DNA of 64,000 nt from NCBI GenBank assembly GCA_963826785.1, contig CAWGYD010000001.1, positions 160,001 to 224,000 on the forward strand, given 5' to 3'. The position numbers were made by a program, and so were the translations under genes. Below the pieces are notes generated by a model. That model saw only the letters and a program-made list of their open reading frames with translations, was not told the origin of the DNA and made no database searches. Below are positions 44,805-56,553 of this stretch, one piece after another. Position 1 is the first letter of the stretch, and every line of letters begins with the position of its first letter. This stretch comes from an uncultured delta proteobacterium. Its GTDB lineage: Bacteria; Desulfobacterota; Desulfobacteria; Desulfobacterales; Desulfosalsimonadaceae.

Positions 44805-45248
44805 ATGAGGTTAGACGAATTATCACCCGGAAAGGGTGCGAGAACATCGCGTCACCGCAAGGGACGGGGAGTCGGTTCCGGATGGGGCAAGACTGCCGGC
44901 CGTGGATCGAAAGGCCAGAACTCCCGTGCAGGCGGCGGCGTCCGTCCGGGGTTCGAGGGCGGCCAGATGCCGATCCACCGGCGGCTGCCCAAGGGGGGAT
45001 TTACCAATATCTTCAAGAAAAAAGTGGTGGTCATCAATGTCCGGGACTTGGCCCGGTTTGCATCCGGAAGCGATGTGGATCGCGCTGCTCTGGCGGAGGC
45101 GGGACTGATCAAGGGGCAATTCGATCAGGTCAAGCTTTTGGGGCAGGGCGATATTGGTTATCCCATCAACATTAAGATCAATGCGGCCAGTGAACAGGCC
45201 CGGCAGAAGGTCGAAGCGGCCGGCGGCAGCATAGAGGTGATATCCTAA
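44805..45248 (+). CDS. rplO: 50S ribosomal protein L15
   Basis: GRG.GSG.GKTAGRG.KGQ, FEGGQMP..RRLPK. Confidence 0.97.
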   Translation: MRLDELSPGKGARTSRHRKGRGVGSGWGKTAGRGSKGQNSRAGGGVRPGFEGGQMPIHRRLPKGGFTNIFKKKVVVINVRDLARFASGSDVDRAALAEAGLIKGQFDQVKLLGQGDIGYPINIKINAASEQARQKVEAAGGSIEVIS

Positions 45249-46567
45249 TGGCAGTATCAAGTGCCGGAGTACAGAATATATTCAAAATTCCCGAACTGAA
45301 GCGTCGAATTCTGGTCACCCTGGGGTTTCTGGCAGTGTACCGGATCGGTGTCCATATCCCCACACCGGGCGTGAACGGGGATGCGCTGGCGGCCTTTTTT
45401 GCGCGGCATCGGGATACCATTCTGGGCATTTTTGACATGTTTTCCGGTGGCGCTCTGGAGCGGCTGTCGGTGTTTGCTCTCGGGATCATGCCCTATATCA
45501 GCGCATCCATTATCCTACAGCTGCTCACTGTCGTATTTCCCTACCTGGAGCGGCTTTCAAAGGAAGGGGAGCAGGGGCGCAAGAAAATCACCCAGTATAC
45601 CCGATACGGCACGGTAGTGCTCAGTATCGTCCAGGGGTTCGGCATCGCCATCGGGCTGGAAAACATGGCGGCACCCGGCGCCATGCCCATCGTCATCACC
45701 CCTGGCTGGAGTTTCCGGTTCATGACCATGATCACTCTGACCGCCGGCACCGCATTTATCATGTGGCTCGGGGAGCAGATCAGTGAGCGCGGCATCGGAA
45801 ACGGAATATCCCTGATCATCTTCGCGGGGATCGTGGCCCGCATGCCCAGCGCATTGGGCAATACCTTCCGCATGCTGTCCACCGGTGAAATGGCCATTTT
45901 CGGGGTCATCATCCTGCTGGTGCTCATGGTGGCGGTCATTGCCTTTATCAATTTCATGGAGCAGGCCCAGCGCCGCATCCCGGTGCAGTACGCCAAACGG
46001 GTGGTGGGCCGGAAGATGTACGGCGGCCAGAGCACGCATCTTCCCTTGAAGCTCAATACGTCCGGCGTTATTCCGCCGATCTTCGCCTCCTCCCTGATCA
46101 TGTTTCCGGCGACCCTGGCGAGTTTTTTCAATGAAACGCCGTTCATGCAGACGGTGGCGCGGTCACTGGCCCCCGGATCTGTGGTGTACGAGCTGTTGTA
46201 CGTGGCGTTTATCTTCTTCTTCTGTTTCTTCTACACCGCCATCGTATTCAATCCGGCCAATGTGGCGGACAACATGAAAAAATACGGGGGATACATACCC
46301 GGTATCCGGCCGGGAAAGCGGACGGCCGATTATATTGACAAGGTGCTCACCCGGATCACCCTGGGGGGCGCAGCATACATTTCAGCGGTCTGCGTGCTGC
46401 CTTCGATTCTGATGACCCAGTTTCACGTGCCCTTTTATTTCGGCGGCACCGCACTGCTGATCGTGGTCGGCGTGGCCATGGACACGGTCAGCCAGGTTGA
46501 ATCGCATTTGATTACCCGGAATTATGAAGGATTCATGACCACCGGACGGGTGCGGGGAAGAAGGTAG
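45248..46567 (+). CDS. secY: Preprotein translocase subunit SecY
   Basis: [43 protein letters not shown]. Confidence 0.98.
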   Translation: MAVSSAGVQNIFKIPELKRRILVTLGFLAVYRIGVHIPTPGVNGDALAAFFARHRDTILGIFDMFSGGALERLSVFALGIMPYISASIILQLLTVVFPYLERLSKEGEQGRKKITQYTRYGTVVLSIVQGFGIAIGLENMAAPGAMPIVITPGWSFRFMTMITLTAGTAFIMWLGEQISERGIGNGISLIIFAGIVARMPSALGNTFRMLSTGEMAIFGVIILLVLMVAVIAFINFMEQAQRRIPVQYAKRVVGRKMYGGQSTHLPLKLNTSGVIPPIFASSLIMFPATLASFFNETPFMQTVARSLAPGSVVYELLYVAFIFFFCFFYTAIVFNPANVADNMKKYGGYIPGIRPGKRTADYIDKVLTRITLGGAAYISAVCVLPSILMTQFHVPFYFGGTALLIVVGVAMDTVSQVESHLITRNYEGFMTTGRVRGRR

Positions 46568-46629
46568 TGGGCCCATCGGCTGATCCGGCCGGTAAGGACC
46601 CAGCAAAACTTAGACAGGAGTCGTTCTAA

Positions 46630-46848
46630 ATGGCAAAAGAAGAACCGATAAAGGTTCAGGGCAAGGTGGTCGAGACCCTGCCCAATGCGATGTTCAAGGT
46701 GGAGTTGGAGAACAAGCATATGGTGCTTGCCCATATATCGGGCAAGATGCGGATGCATTTTATTAAAATCCTGCCCGGGGATACCGTTACGGTGGAACTT
46801 TCCCCTTATGACCTGACCCGGGGACGGATCACCTACCGGTCCAAGTAA
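46630..46848 (+). CDS. infA: Translation initiation factor IF-1
   Basis: [27 protein letters not shown]. Confidence 0.97.
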   Translation: MAKEEPIKVQGKVVETLPNAMFKVELENKHMVLAHISGKMRMHFIKILPGDTVTVELSPYDLTRGRITYRSK

Positions 46849-46917
46849 ACGCGGGCTGCTGACGGAAAAGTCAATTAATTGTCAATATATGGATGATACA
46901 GCGAATCGAGGTGGCAT

Positions 46918-47031
46918 ATGAGAGTGAGCTCATCGGTGAAGAAAAGATGCCGGAATTGTAAAATCATCAAACGCAAAGGGGTTGTGCGGGTCATTTGTGT
47001 GAACAAACGGCACAAACAGCGTCAGGGATAG
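46918..47031 (+). CDS. rpmJ: 50S ribosomal protein L36
   Basis: Hand translation: [37 protein letters not shown]. Confidence 0.94.
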   Translation: MRVSSSVKKRCRNCKIIKRKGVVRVICVNKRHKQRQG

Positions 47032-47053
47032 GCATAATACAAGGAGGCTGGCT

Positions 47054-47434
47054 TTGGCAAGAATTGCGGGAGTAGATTTACCGAGAAACAAGCACGTTGT
47101 TATTGGATTGACCTACATTTACGGCATCGGTCTTTCCGCATCCAAGCGGATTTTGAGCAAACTGGGTATCGCCGAAAATCTGAAAACGGACGATCTGACC
47201 GAGTCCGACATCAACAATATTCGTAAGGTCATCGACAACGACTTAAAGGTCGAAGGTGAACTCCGGACCGATGTTTCGATGAACATCAAGCGGCTGATGG
47301 ATCTTGGGGCTTACCGCGGACTTCGTCACCGGAAGGGTCTGCCGGCTCGGGGACAGCGGACGAAAACCAATGCGCGCACGCGCAAGGGACCGAGACGGGC
47401 GGCCGTTAAAAAGAAGGGCGCGGCCAAGAAATAA
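47054..47434 (+). CDS. rpsM: 30S ribosomal protein S13
   Basis: TTG start; [34 protein letters not shown]. Confidence 0.97.
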   Translation: MARIAGVDLPRNKHVVIGLTYIYGIGLSASKRILSKLGIAENLKTDDLTESDINNIRKVIDNDLKVEGELRTDVSMNIKRLMDLGAYRGLRHRKGLPARGQRTKTNARTRKGPRRAAVKKKGAAKK

Positions 47435-47460
47435 TAGGTAAATCGAAAAAGGCGTAAATC

Positions 47461-47847
47461 ATGGCGAAACGAAAAGTTACAAAGAAGAAGGTCAAAAGGA
47501 TCATTCAGAATGGCGTGGTCCACATCCAGTCGACATTCAACAACACGATCATTTCCATTACGGATCCCGTGGGTAATGTCCTGTCCTGGTCCACCGCCGG
47601 CATGAACGGCTTTAAAGGCTCCCGGAAAAGTACCCCGTTTGCGGCGCAGCTCGCCTCCGAGGACGCGGCCAAAAAAGCAATGGAATACGGCCTGAGAAAC
47701 GTAGAAGTCTACGTCAAGGGGCCTGGCCCGGGCCGTGAGTCCGCCCTTAAGGCACTGCAGGCCACCGGGTTGACCGTCCTGATGATCAAAGACGTTACCC
47801 CGATCCCCCATAACGGCTGCAAGCCGAAGAAGCGTCGCCGGGTATAG
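47461..47847 (+). CDS. rpsK: 30S ribosomal protein S11
   Basis: [27 protein letters not shown]. Confidence 0.97.
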   Translation: MAKRKVTKKKVKRIIQNGVVHIQSTFNNTIISITDPVGNVLSWSTAGMNGFKGSRKSTPFAAQLASEDAAKKAMEYGLRNVEVYVKGPGPGRESALKALQATGLTVLMIKDVTPIPHNGCKPKKRRRV

Positions 47848-47914
47848 TCGACATACCTGAACACGTATGTTAACTGCAAGATTCGCGAAGTGAAAATATA
47901 AAAGGGAGGACGAT

Positions 47915-48544
47915 TTGTCACGGTATCGAGATTCTGTATGTCGGTTGTGCCGACGTGAAAATTTGAAATTATATCTGAAGGGGGACCGCTGCTATTCCGA
48001 TAAATGTGCGGTTGACCGGCGGGGATACCCTCCCGGACAGCATGGACAGCGCCGCGGCGGAAAAATTTCCGGCTACGGCCTGCAGCTTCGTGAAAAGCAG
48101 AAGGTCAAGCGCACGTATTGCCTGTCCGAGGCGCAGTTTCGGCTGACTTTCGAGCGGGCTGAGGCAAAGAAAGGGATTACCGGCACCAACCTGCTGGTCA
48201 ACCTGGAACAGCGCCTTGACAACGTGATCTATCGGCTCGGATTTGCCAATTCCCGGCCTCAGGCCCGGCAGCTGGTCAGCCATAATCATTTTACGGTCAA
48301 CGGCCGGAAGGTGAACATCCCTTCTTATCAGGTGCGGGCCGGCGAAGTGATCGAAGTGCGCGAAAAAAGCCGAAACATCCAGAGCATTGTGGACAGCATG
48401 GGCGCTGTGGTTCGACGCGCCATGCCCCAGTGGCTCGAACTGGATAAGGACAATTTCAAGGGGACCATCAAAGGGGTTCCGGTGCGCGAAGATATTACCA
48501 TGCCGATCCAGGAAAACCAGATCGTCGAGTTGTATTCCAGATAG
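47915..48544 (+). CDS. rpsD: 30S ribosomal protein S4 (Zn-ribbon type)
   Basis: TTG start; CRLCRRE, PPGQHG, LREKQK, RLDNV.YRLG, IVELYSR. Confidence 0.97.
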   Translation: MSRYRDSVCRLCRRENLKLYLKGDRCYSDKCAVDRRGYPPGQHGQRRGGKISGYGLQLREKQKVKRTYCLSEAQFRLTFERAEAKKGITGTNLLVNLEQRLDNVIYRLGFANSRPQARQLVSHNHFTVNGRKVNIPSYQVRAGEVIEVREKSRNIQSIVDSMGAVVRRAMPQWLELDKDNFKGTIKGVPVREDITMPIQENQIVELYSR

Positions 48545-48666
48545 GATGAAGCGGTATGCGAGCCGCCCCTTAAAGAGGCCGGCTCGAATGCTTGAGTCAG
48601 TCTCCTTTTGCGGAATCGCCGCAAACACCTGATTGAATCGCGGATTCAAAGACTTGGAGATATGAG

Positions 48667-49695
48667 ATGTCATTAAATGAAATTACGTATATGAACTGGC
48701 GGGACATGATCAGGCCTGAAAAGGTCGATATTGCCACCCAGAGTTCAACTTACGGAAAATTTGTCTGGGAACCGCTCGAACGGGGATTTGGAATCACCAT
48801 TGGAAACTCATTGAGGCGGATCATCCTGTCGTCTCTGACCGGGGCCGCCATCGTGTCCGTCAAATTCGAAGGTGTCATGCATGAATTCAGCACCATCCCG
48901 GGCGTTTTGGAAGATGTATCCGAACTCATCCTTAATCTGAAGAGTGTCCGGGTCCGGATGGCGGATTCCGCCCCGCGGACACTGGAGATCGATGCTTCCG
49001 GTGAAACCGAGGTCACGGCAAAGGACATTATCAGCCCCGATGGCAAAGTCGAGATCATGAATCCGGACCATCATATCGCCACCCTTTCCGGAGATGGCGT
49101 CCTGAAGATGACCCTGACCGTTCGTGCGGGCAAGGGATATTCCCTGGCCGAAGCCAACAAGGATCCGGATGCGCCCATCGGCACCATCCCCATCGATTCG
49201 ATCTTTTCTCCCATTCAGCGGGTGAATTATCTCATTGGCAACGCCCGGGTGGGGCAGAGAACCGATTATGACAAACTGACCATGGAAGTCTGGACGGATG
49301 GTTCGGTTTTGCCCGAAAACGCCATCGCCTATGCGGCAAAGATTTTAAAAGAGCAGATGAACGTCTTCATCAACTTTGACGAAGATCTCGTGCCGAATGT
49401 TTCCGAGCGCTCCTCCGATGAATCCCGGCCGAAGTTCAATGAAAACCTGTACCTGGACGTGGACGAACTCGAACTTTCCGTGCGCAGCGCCAACTGCCTT
49501 AGAAACGCCAACATCACCAAGATTTACCAACTCGTTCAGAAGACCGAAGGTGAAATGTTGAAAACCAAGAACTTCGGCCGCAAGTCACTCAATGAAATCA
49601 AGGAACTTCTCTCTGACCTGGGTCTTTCGCTGGGTATGAACATAGAGGGGTTTGAGCCGCCTGAAGAGGATATAGAGCAAGAGGAAGAGGAATAA
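48667..49695 (+). CDS. rpoA: DNA-directed RNA polymerase alpha subunit
   Basis: [45 protein letters not shown]. Confidence 0.98.
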   Translation: MSLNEITYMNWRDMIRPEKVDIATQSSTYGKFVWEPLERGFGITIGNSLRRIILSSLTGAAIVSVKFEGVMHEFSTIPGVLEDVSELILNLKSVRVRMADSAPRTLEIDASGETEVTAKDIISPDGKVEIMNPDHHIATLSGDGVLKMTLTVRAGKGYSLAEANKDPDAPIGTIPIDSIFSPIQRVNYLIGNARVGQRTDYDKLTMEVWTDGSVLPENAIAYAAKILKEQMNVFINFDEDLVPNVSERSSDESRPKFNENLYLDVDELELSVRSANCLRNANITKIYQLVQKTEGEMLKTKNFGRKSLNEIKELLSDLGLSLGMNIEGFEPPEEDIEQEEEE

Positions 49696-49697
49696 TC

Positions 49698-50129
49698 ATG
49701 AGACATCGAAACAGCGGGGTTAAATTAAACCGTTCCAGCAGTCACAGAATCGCCATGTTTCGCAATATGGCGACGTCCCTGTTTAAACACGGCCGGATTA
49801 CGACCACGGATGTCAAGGCCAAGGAATTGCGCCGATGGGCGGATCAGTTGGTCACGCTGGCCAAACGGGGCGACCTGCATGCCCGTCGCCAGGCCATGGC
49901 CATTATCCGGGAAAAGGATGTCGTGCATCAGCTTTTTGCAGAAGCGCCGGACCGGTTCGTCAGTGCGGGCGGCTATACCCGGATTACCAAGCTGGGCCTT
50001 CGCAAGGGCGACGCTGCCGCCATATCCATCATCGAGTTGACCGGACAGCCCTCTGAGCCGGCCAAGAAAAAAGCGGCAAAGAGCGAAAAGAAACCAAAGG
50101 CGAAAGCCGAAGAATCCGCAACAGAATAA
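49698..50129 (+). CDS. rplQ: 50S ribosomal protein L17
   Basis: MRHR...KLNR.SSHR.AM, GGYTRI.K...RKGDAA. Confidence 0.97.
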   Translation: MRHRNSGVKLNRSSSHRIAMFRNMATSLFKHGRITTTDVKAKELRRWADQLVTLAKRGDLHARRQAMAIIREKDVVHQLFAEAPDRFVSAGGYTRITKLGLRKGDAAAISIIELTGQPSEPAKKKAAKSEKKPKAKAEESATE

Positions 50130-50173
50130 AGTGCAGTGAAAAAGCTATTTTTTAATTGAAATGGCTTTTACAT

Positions 50174-50225
50174 AAAAGGGCCCCAACCGTTTCCCCCCAT
50201 ACAAACGGTTGGGGTCCTTTTTTTT
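50174..50225. terminator. Terminator of the ribosomal superoperon (likely bidirectional with comEC)
   Basis: AAAAGGGCCCCAACCGTTT...AAACGGTTGGGGTCCTTTTTTTT. Confidence 0.85.
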
Positions 50226-50255
50226 ATTCAACCGACAGCCGGGCACGGCTGCCGG

Positions 50256-52919
50256 TCATAAAAATATCGGGTTTCCGATCACCGGAATGATGGCGGTTTC
50301 ATTCTCATCGACAATGATGCGCACGGCGCCTTGATTCTGGGTCTGAAAGAGTTCACATCCGTAATCGCAAAGGCGCTTGATCACGCCGGGATCCGGGAAG
50401 CCGAACCGGTTGTTTCTTCCCAGGGAGAGCACCGCGATCCGAGGGTCCACCGCACGTATAAATGCGCTGCTGCAGGAGGTTTTGCTCCCGTGATGCGGAA
50501 CAACGAGGATATCGGCAGACAGGCTGCCCCCGCATGCGGAAATGACCTGCGCCTCACCGGAGGCGTAGATATCTCCAGGAAACAGGATGTGCCGGCCACA
50601 ATAGCCGATCCGGATCACCAGGGAGTGGTTGTTGGTATCGAGCGCGCCGGGATCGGAAACATCTTTTGCGAAATCCGGCCGGGGATGCAGGATGTCGAAT
50701 GTGATGCCGCCGATGTCAAAAGATCCTGCCACCGCTTCAAACGCCGGGTGAGCGATCTTCTGGCTTTGAATAATGTCGAGCATGCGGCGGTACTCCCGGC
50801 TGTCCGATCCCTGATGTGTGGAAATCACCTGTCTGACGCCGAAATTTTCGCAAATGAAAATCAGGCCGTTTAAATGATCCGCATCCGGGTGGGTCAGAAA
50901 TACCGTATCCACCCGTGCAATTTTATTCTGCCACAAAAAGGGCGCCAGGATGCGCGCGCCCATATCGAACACCTCGTTTCCGGAAAGCCCGCCCCCGTCA
51001 ATCAGGGCGCATTTGCCGCCCGGCAGTTGAAGCACGGCCGCATTTCCCTGCCCCACATCCATGATCGTGACGCGCAGCGCAGAATCAAAAAATCGTCGGT
51101 TGACCCAGTACCCGATATCGATCATTAGAATGAGAAACAGGATGACAAGAGCCGCATTTACGGTCTGACGCCGCCTGGTGCGACTCATTTTCCCGCCATC
51201 CGGGGAAGGTCCGGCGTTACTATCCTGAAGATGTCCGCCCTTGCCGTCATGTGTAAATTCCTGGTAGCGCCAGATCAGCAGCCCCGCCATCCCGTAAATG
51301 ATTGCGATTTCCATCCATGAAGGCGTGATGGTTTTGAATGCGGCAAACCCGAGACCGGAGAAGAAGTCGATGATCCGCAGGGAGAAGGAGAGCAGGTGGT
51401 CGTCCATATGAAGCCCCCACCGGGCGGCCGGTTCCCACACGGGATAGAACAGCAGAATGGAAACCAGGCCGATGGGCACCACCAGATAGCCGATCAGGGG
51501 AATCAGGATCACATTGGCGAAAATGCCCACCAGGGAGATCTGGTTGAAATAGGTCATGACCAGAGGGGCGGTGCCTAATGTGGCAAAAAAAGAAATGCAC
51601 ATGAACATGTAAACGGCATGGCGCGCCGATTGAAGAAAACCGGCGGGCACGGCGCGCTGCGCTTCAATGGCGGGCAGGCAGATGAGAATGGAGATCACGG
51701 CCATGAAGGAGAGTTGAAAAGAAATGGAAAAGAGGGCGGGCGGGTCGATGATGAGGATGATCAGCGCGGCCAGGGCCAGTGTGTTGAACAAGTCATGCTC
51801 CCGCTGAACCAGGAAGGTGGCCAGGAAAGCGGAAATCATGAGAACGGCCCGCTGGGTGGAAGGGGACATGCCGGAAAGCATTCCGTAGAGCACCACCGGT
51901 AATATGGCTGCAAGTGCCGCTCCCTTGGAAACCCAGGCGCGGCGAAGCAGGAGCGGAAAAAAGGACAGGATCAACCTGGAAATGAAAAATGCCCCCGAGG
52001 CCACAATGCCGATGTGGAGCCCGGATATGGCCAGAAGATGGCTGACGCCCGCACGGTTGAACGCATTTCGAACCTCGGGTGCAATCTCCTCCCGGTTTCC
52101 GGTCAGCAGGGCGGCCAAAACCTGGCGGGACGGATCGGTTCCGGCCTGGTGGATCAGCCCGGCAATGCGGGTGCGGTAATTCTGAAGCCATGCCCGGAAT
52201 ATGGAGCTGCAGTGGCGATTGATCACCGACACTTTGCCCGAAGCGGCATAGGTATTTCCGCTAATCCCCTGAAAATTCATGTATTGGCGGTAATCGAACC
52301 CACCGGGATTGTTGAAATTGGAAAAGGAATGGACCTTACTGACAAATTCAATCCGGTCGGCAGTTTTCAGATGGCTCGGATTACCGTACACCAGGCAGCG
52401 GACGCTGCCTGAAACCGCTATCGACTCGGATTCTGCCGATGGCGGTGCCACGGCAAGATCATTGAGAATAAACTGTGCGCGAAACCCCTGGTCGGCCACC
52501 GGCGTACCGATGGTTCCGGTGATTTTCCATGCGTCACCATCCAGGTAATGGCGAACATGGCGTTCCGATTGCGGCGGCGCGGTCCAGGGGGACAAGGAAA
52601 GGTAGCCCAGGGCAAAAAAGAGGACGAGGGGGAACAGCGGCAGGGATCTGCGGGCCAGCGCTGCTGAAAGCACCAGGGCGGATGAGAAAACGACCAGGAT
52701 GATGGCTGCCGGAATATAACCGGGAAAATGCGGATTGGCGGCGATTCCGGCGGCAAAGGCGATCAGCAGCGGAATAAGGGGACGGAAAAAAAGGATCGGA
52801 TCCTTTCGATCCGCAGCTGCGGGCAGAAAGACGTTTTCTTCCGGCGGCCCTTCAGGATGCGGCAGGAACCCGCTGGATGGAGGCGCCGAGCTGGGAAAAT
52901 TTTTTCTCAAGGGCTTCAT
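50256..52919 (-). CDS. comEC: DNA internalisation competence protein ComEC/Rec2
   Basis: [19 protein letters not shown] competence domain, multiple TMs, C-terminal MBL domain (DVGQG, THPDADH, PHHGS). Start uncertain because it overlaps murA. Confidence 0.9.
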   Translation of the reverse strand: MKPLRKNFPSSAPPSSGFLPHPEGPPEENVFLPAAADRKDPILFFRPLIPLLIAFAAGIAANPHFPGYIPAAIILVVFSSALVLSAALARRSLPLFPLVLFFALGYLSLSPWTAPPQSERHVRHYLDGDAWKITGTIGTPVADQGFRAQFILNDLAVAPPSAESESIAVSGSVRCLVYGNPSHLKTADRIEFVSKVHSFSNFNNPGGFDYRQYMNFQGISGNTYAASGKVSVINRHCSSIFRAWLQNYRTRIAGLIHQAGTDPSRQVLAALLTGNREEIAPEVRNAFNRAGVSHLLAISGLHIGIVASGAFFISRLILSFFPLLLRRAWVSKGAALAAILPVVLYGMLSGMSPSTQRAVLMISAFLATFLVQREHDLFNTLALAALIILIIDPPALFSISFQLSFMAVISILICLPAIEAQRAVPAGFLQSARHAVYMFMCISFFATLGTAPLVMTYFNQISLVGIFANVILIPLIGYLVVPIGLVSILLFYPVWEPAARWGLHMDDHLLSFSLRIIDFFSGLGFAAFKTITPSWMEIAIIYGMAGLLIWRYQEFTHDGKGGHLQDSNAGPSPDGGKMSRTRRRQTVNAALVILFLILMIDIGYWVNRRFFDSALRVTIMDVGQGNAAVLQLPGGKCALIDGGGLSGNEVFDMGARILAPFLWQNKIARVDTVFLTHPDADHLNGLIFICENFGVRQVISTHQGSDSREYRRMLDIIQSQKIAHPAFEAVAGSFDIGGITFDILHPRPDFAKDVSDPGALDTNNHSLVIRIGYCGRHILFPGDIYASGEAQVISACGGSLSADILVVPHHGSKTSCSSAFIRAVDPRIAVLSLGRNNRFGFPDPGVIKRLCDYGCELFQTQNQGAVRIIVDENETAIIPVIGNPIFL

Positions 52920-54111
52920 AACCGCGATCCAGGTGGTAAACCCGGCTGACCCGGGTGGTCCCGCTGGCCGCCAGCCCGGCCAGGATTAAAGACGCACTGG
53001 CCCTGAGATCCGTGGCCATAACCGGTGCGCCGGAGAGCTGATGCATGCCTCTGACCATGGCGTGATTGCCCGAAATGGTGATGTCCGCTCCCATCCGTTT
53101 CAATTCACCCACATGAATGAACCGGTTTTCGAAAATGGTTTCGGAAATCATTGAAAACCCGTCGGCCACCGACATCAGGACCATGAACTGGGCCTGCATG
53201 TCCGTGGGAAAGCCGGGGTAGGGCATGGTTTTAACGTCCACGCTGCGGATGGGCCCATTGGAACGGATGTGGATGGTGTTGTCCGTGGTGTCGATGATGG
53301 CCCCGGCCTTTTTGAGTTTGACGATCAGCTCCGACACGTGCTGGGGGTTGCAGTCGTTGATGCGGATGTCTCCCCGGGTGAGCAGGGCCGCCACCATGAA
53401 GGTTCCGGTTTCGATGCGGTCCGGGATGATGGAAGCGGTCACGGGGGAAAGCTTCTTCACCCCGTTGATGGTGATGATGGCCGTTCCCGCGCCGATGATG
53501 TCGGCACCCATCCGGTTGAGCACATCGGCCAAGGCCGTGATCTCGGGTTCACGGGCGGCATTTCGCAGGATGGTGGTCCCTTCGGCCAGAACCGCGGCCA
53601 TCATCAGGTTTTCCGTGCCGGTCACCGTGGGGGCGTCAAAATAGATTTCCCCGCCTTTCAGCTGATCCGCAGCGGCTTCCACATATCCGTGTTCCAGTTT
53701 GATATCGGCTCCCAGAATGGCCATTCCGCTTAAATGAAGATCGATGGGCCGTGCCCCGATGGCGCAGCCGCCGGGAAGGGATACCCGGGCTCTTTTCATC
53801 CGGGCCACCAGGGGGCCCAGCACCAGGATGGACGCCCGCATTTTCCGGACCAGGTCATAGGGGGCCTCATAGAGGTTCAGATTGGACGTATCGATCTTCA
53901 CCGTGTGGTCTTCCATGACCACCGAGGCGCCCATCGTTGCGAGCAGCTGGGTGATGCTTTCGACGTCTTTTAAGGCGGGGACGTTGGTGAAGGTGAATTC
54001 ACCGCCGGTTAAAATCGATGCGGCCAGAATGGGCAGCGCCGCATTCTTGGCGCCGCTGATGCTGACCTCACCGGTCAGGCGGGATCCCCCGTTGATAATG
54101 ATGTCGTCCAT
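52852..54111 (-). CDS. murA: UDP-N-acetylglucosamine 1-carboxyvinyltransferase
   Basis: [19 protein letters not shown] (catalytic Cys), [15 protein letters not shown]. Confidence 0.97.
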   Translation of the reverse strand: MDDIIINGGSRLTGEVSISGAKNAALPILAASILTGGEFTFTNVPALKDVESITQLLATMGASVVMEDHTVKIDTSNLNLYEAPYDLVRKMRASILVLGPLVARMKRARVSLPGGCAIGARPIDLHLSGMAILGADIKLEHGYVEAAADQLKGGEIYFDAPTVTGTENLMMAAVLAEGTTILRNAAREPEITALADVLNRMGADIIGAGTAIITINGVKKLSPVTASIIPDRIETGTFMVAALLTRGDIRINDCNPQHVSELIVKLKKAGAIIDTTDNTIHIRSNGPIRSVDVKTMPYPGFPTDMQAQFMVLMSVADGFSMISETIFENRFIHVGELKRMGADITISGNHAMVRGMHQLSGAPVMATDLRASASLILAGLAASGTTRVSRVYHLDRGYEALEKKFSQLGASIQRVPAAS

Positions 54112-54125
54112 GTGTTTTCCTGTAT

Positions 54126-54169
54126 AAAAAAAGCGTTATCCCGGCATTGTAGTCCAGGGATAACGCTTT
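54126..54169 (-). terminator. Terminator of the qrc transcript
   Basis: Minus strand: AAAGCGTTATCCC...GGGATAACGC-TTTTTTT. Confidence 0.75.
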
Positions 54170-54174
54170 GGCAA
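54146..54174 (-). promoter_or_regulatory. Putative sigma70 promoter of murA embedded in the qrc terminator
   Basis: Minus strand: TTGCCA-N17-TACAAT, 35 nt upstream of the murA ATG. Confidence 0.55.
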
Positions 54175-54203
54175 ATTGTTTAACGGCCACTTCAGCCGTG
54201 CCC

Positions 54204-54371
54204 TTAGTGGTGGTCGTTTCCCACCTTATCGTGTCCGCCGGTGGTATCCATGATGGATTTGATGACACACCAGGTGAGTCCCAGTCCGATGATGCCCAGC
54301 GCGTACCACAGCGCCCCCATGAATACCATGTGGGCCATGTCCCAGTTCCATTCAAATACAAACGGAAACAT
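54204..54371 (-). CDS. Small single-TM membrane protein (55 aa) directly after qrcD, not in ORF track
   Basis: AAGGAGG SD, then ATG. Protein MFPFVFEWNWDMAHMVFMGALWYALGIIGLGLTWCVIKSIMDTTGGHDKVGNDHH. Confidence 0.75.
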   Translation of the reverse strand: MFPFVFEWNWDMAHMVFMGALWYALGIIGLGLTWCVIKSIMDTTGGHDKVGNDHH

Positions 54372-54395
54372 ATGATCCTCCTTGCACCGGCCGGG

Positions 54396-55643
54396 TTACT
54401 CGGTCGGATTCAATTCTTTTTCCTGAGGGAATACCGGCAGGTACCGGTATGCCAGTGAAATGACGATGAGGCCGTACGCCACCGGCAAAACAGTGGTGGC
54501 GACTTCCTGCCAGCTGGGGAAATAGGTGTACCAGGCATTGAACGAGAACAGCGGGACCGCCATGACCTGCAGCACCATGACCCAGCGGTTGAGGCTGACG
54601 CCCATCACGGCCAGAATTACCGCGGTCATCATCAGCTTATTGTTTTCACGGCCCTTTTTCGTAATCAGGATCAGGCCGGGGATGACGCCGCCCAGGATGA
54701 TCTCGGCAAAAAGGATCCAGTAGCCGTAGATGGAATCCGCGCTGGAATTGTAAAAATAACTGAAGGTGAATCCGCGGGAAGGGGCGATGGCATAGGCCCA
54801 GTATGCGGTGTCGATGATCTTGGCGACGATGTAGGTGGTGATCAGCCATCCGGATATCTTGGCCAGCAGCTGAAACACATCGGGGCTCACCAGCTTTTTC
54901 CCCGTGATTTTTTCCGTAATCTTGGTCACCAGGATGGTAAACGTGGGGCCGTAGGCCGCAGCCGACCAGGTGAATAAAAAGAAGGTCCAGGGCCACACCA
55001 GCAGGCCGGTGCGGTAGGAAAACGGCCTTCCGTAGAGAACGCCGGCCACACCGCCCAGAGAACCCTGATGGAAAAAGGAGAGAAACACGCCCGTGGCCGC
55101 AAACACGGCCATGAATTCATGCATGTTGTGGCTCAGGTGGTGCAGAAAGGGCTTGGCCGACAGTTTCGGGTTTTCCAGAATCAGGGGGATGAATTCGATG
55201 GTCAGCACCCCGAAATAGACCGACAGGCAGAAGGCCACCTCGGTAAGCATGGAATGCACATTGGCGTGCCAGAAGATGAACCAGCCGCGCAGCGGCTGTC
55301 CAATATCGATGGCCAGTATCAGCAGGGCGGAACTGTAGCAGATGAACCCGATGATGACGGCGAAATTGATGATGTTCTTCAGCTTGTCCTTATCGATGAT
55401 ATAAGTGAGAAAGCCGGTGAAGAAGGCGCCGCCCCCCAGGGCGATCACCGCCAGGTCCGCCCAGATCCACAGGGCAAAACCGTAGGCGTCGTTCATATTG
55501 GTCTGATTCAAGCCATACCACCAGATCCGGTACATGGCATAGACGCCCCAGATCAGCACGGCGGTCACGGCGGCCATCCAGACGGAAAATTTCAGTGTCG
55601 AGCAGCGTTTAACACCCGGTGGAATCATTGGTGTTTCAGTCAT
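54396..55643 (-). CDS. qrcD: Menaquinone reductase integral membrane subunit (NrfD/PsrC family)
   Basis: WIWADLAVIALGGGAFF, DIGQPLR.WF..WH.NVHSMLTEV, SFFHQGSLGG; about 10 TMs. Confidence 0.88.
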   Translation of the reverse strand: MTETPMIPPGVKRCSTLKFSVWMAAVTAVLIWGVYAMYRIWWYGLNQTNMNDAYGFALWIWADLAVIALGGGAFFTGFLTYIIDKDKLKNIINFAVIIGFICYSSALLILAIDIGQPLRGWFIFWHANVHSMLTEVAFCLSVYFGVLTIEFIPLILENPKLSAKPFLHHLSHNMHEFMAVFAATGVFLSFFHQGSLGGVAGVLYGRPFSYRTGLLVWPWTFFLFTWSAAAYGPTFTILVTKITEKITGKKLVSPDVFQLLAKISGWLITTYIVAKIIDTAYWAYAIAPSRGFTFSYFYNSSADSIYGYWILFAEIILGGVIPGLILITKKGRENNKLMMTAVILAVMGVSLNRWVMVLQVMAVPLFSFNAWYTYFPSWQEVATTVLPVAYGLIVISLAYRYLPVFPQEKELNPTE

Positions 55644-55677
55644 CTACTTGCTCCTTATGGTTTTGATGCGTTGGTTT

Positions 55678-56490
55678 TTAATGGTGTTGTTCTATTTTTT
55701 TCCGGGTCATGCCGGGATGCTCGTCTTCCAGGTAATTGTCCCCGGCCCGCCGGACCCAGGTGCGGTTGGTCAGATAATATACCTTGGGATTGGTATCGAG
55801 CTTTTCCAGCAGCCTGAACGCATTGGGATGGTCCTTGAGTTTGGCCACCGCATGATCGGGATTGTTCAGATCGCCAAACGTGATGGCATTGGTGGGGCAT
55901 GCCTGGGCGCAGGCGGTCTGGTATTCCGTTTCCCCCACATCCTCGCGCCCCTCGTTATATGCCTTGTCGCGGGCCTGTTGATATCGATGAAAGCAAAAGG
56001 TGCATTTTTCCACAATGCCGCGCATCCGGGCGGAAACATTTGGAGAAAGCGATTTTTCAAGGTCGGCCGGCCATACCGAATCCCACCAGTTGAATTTCCG
56101 GGCGTGATAGGGACAGGCGGCCATGCAGTACCGGCAGCCGAAGCAGCGGGTGTAGATCTGACTGACGATGCCGGTGCTGTAATCATAGTCGGTGGCGGTC
56201 GCCGGGCAGACGGATACGCACGGAGAATGACCGGCCTTGTGCTGGCCGTCGCACTGCATGCAGGGCATGGGCAGATAAGCGATCTGGGTGTCGGGAAAGG
56301 GCTTTCCGTTGGAGATTTTAAAAACCCGGATCCAGTTGATGCTGTCGAGTTTGTTGGTCTCGTTCTTTTTGAAGGGGATGTTGTTTTCCTGGTAACACCC
56401 CACCATGCACGCGCCGCAGCCGGTGCATTTGTCGAGATCGATCACCATCCCGTAACGCTTGGTTTTTGTGTGTGTGTATTGATTTTTCAT
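55678..56490 (-). CDS. qrcC: Menaquinone reductase Fe-S subunit (NrfC/DmsB family)
   Basis: IDLDKCTGCGACM..C..EN, PCM.C..PCVSVCP, RCFGCRYCM.ACPY, EKCTFC. Confidence 0.88.
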   Translation of the reverse strand: MKNQYTHTKTKRYGMVIDLDKCTGCGACMVGCYQENNIPFKKNETNKLDSINWIRVFKISNGKPFPDTQIAYLPMPCMQCDGQHKAGHSPCVSVCPATATDYDYSTGIVSQIYTRCFGCRYCMAACPYHARKFNWWDSVWPADLEKSLSPNVSARMRGIVEKCTFCFHRYQQARDKAYNEGREDVGETEYQTACAQACPTNAITFGDLNNPDHAVAKLKDHPNAFRLLEKLDTNPKVYYLTNRTWVRRAGDNYLEDEHPGMTRKKIEQHH

Positions 56491-56553
56491 GAAGGCCTCA
56501 TATTATTTGAAGTCGTCCCAAAACTTTAAATCCCTGCAGGGGTCAGGATGGGA

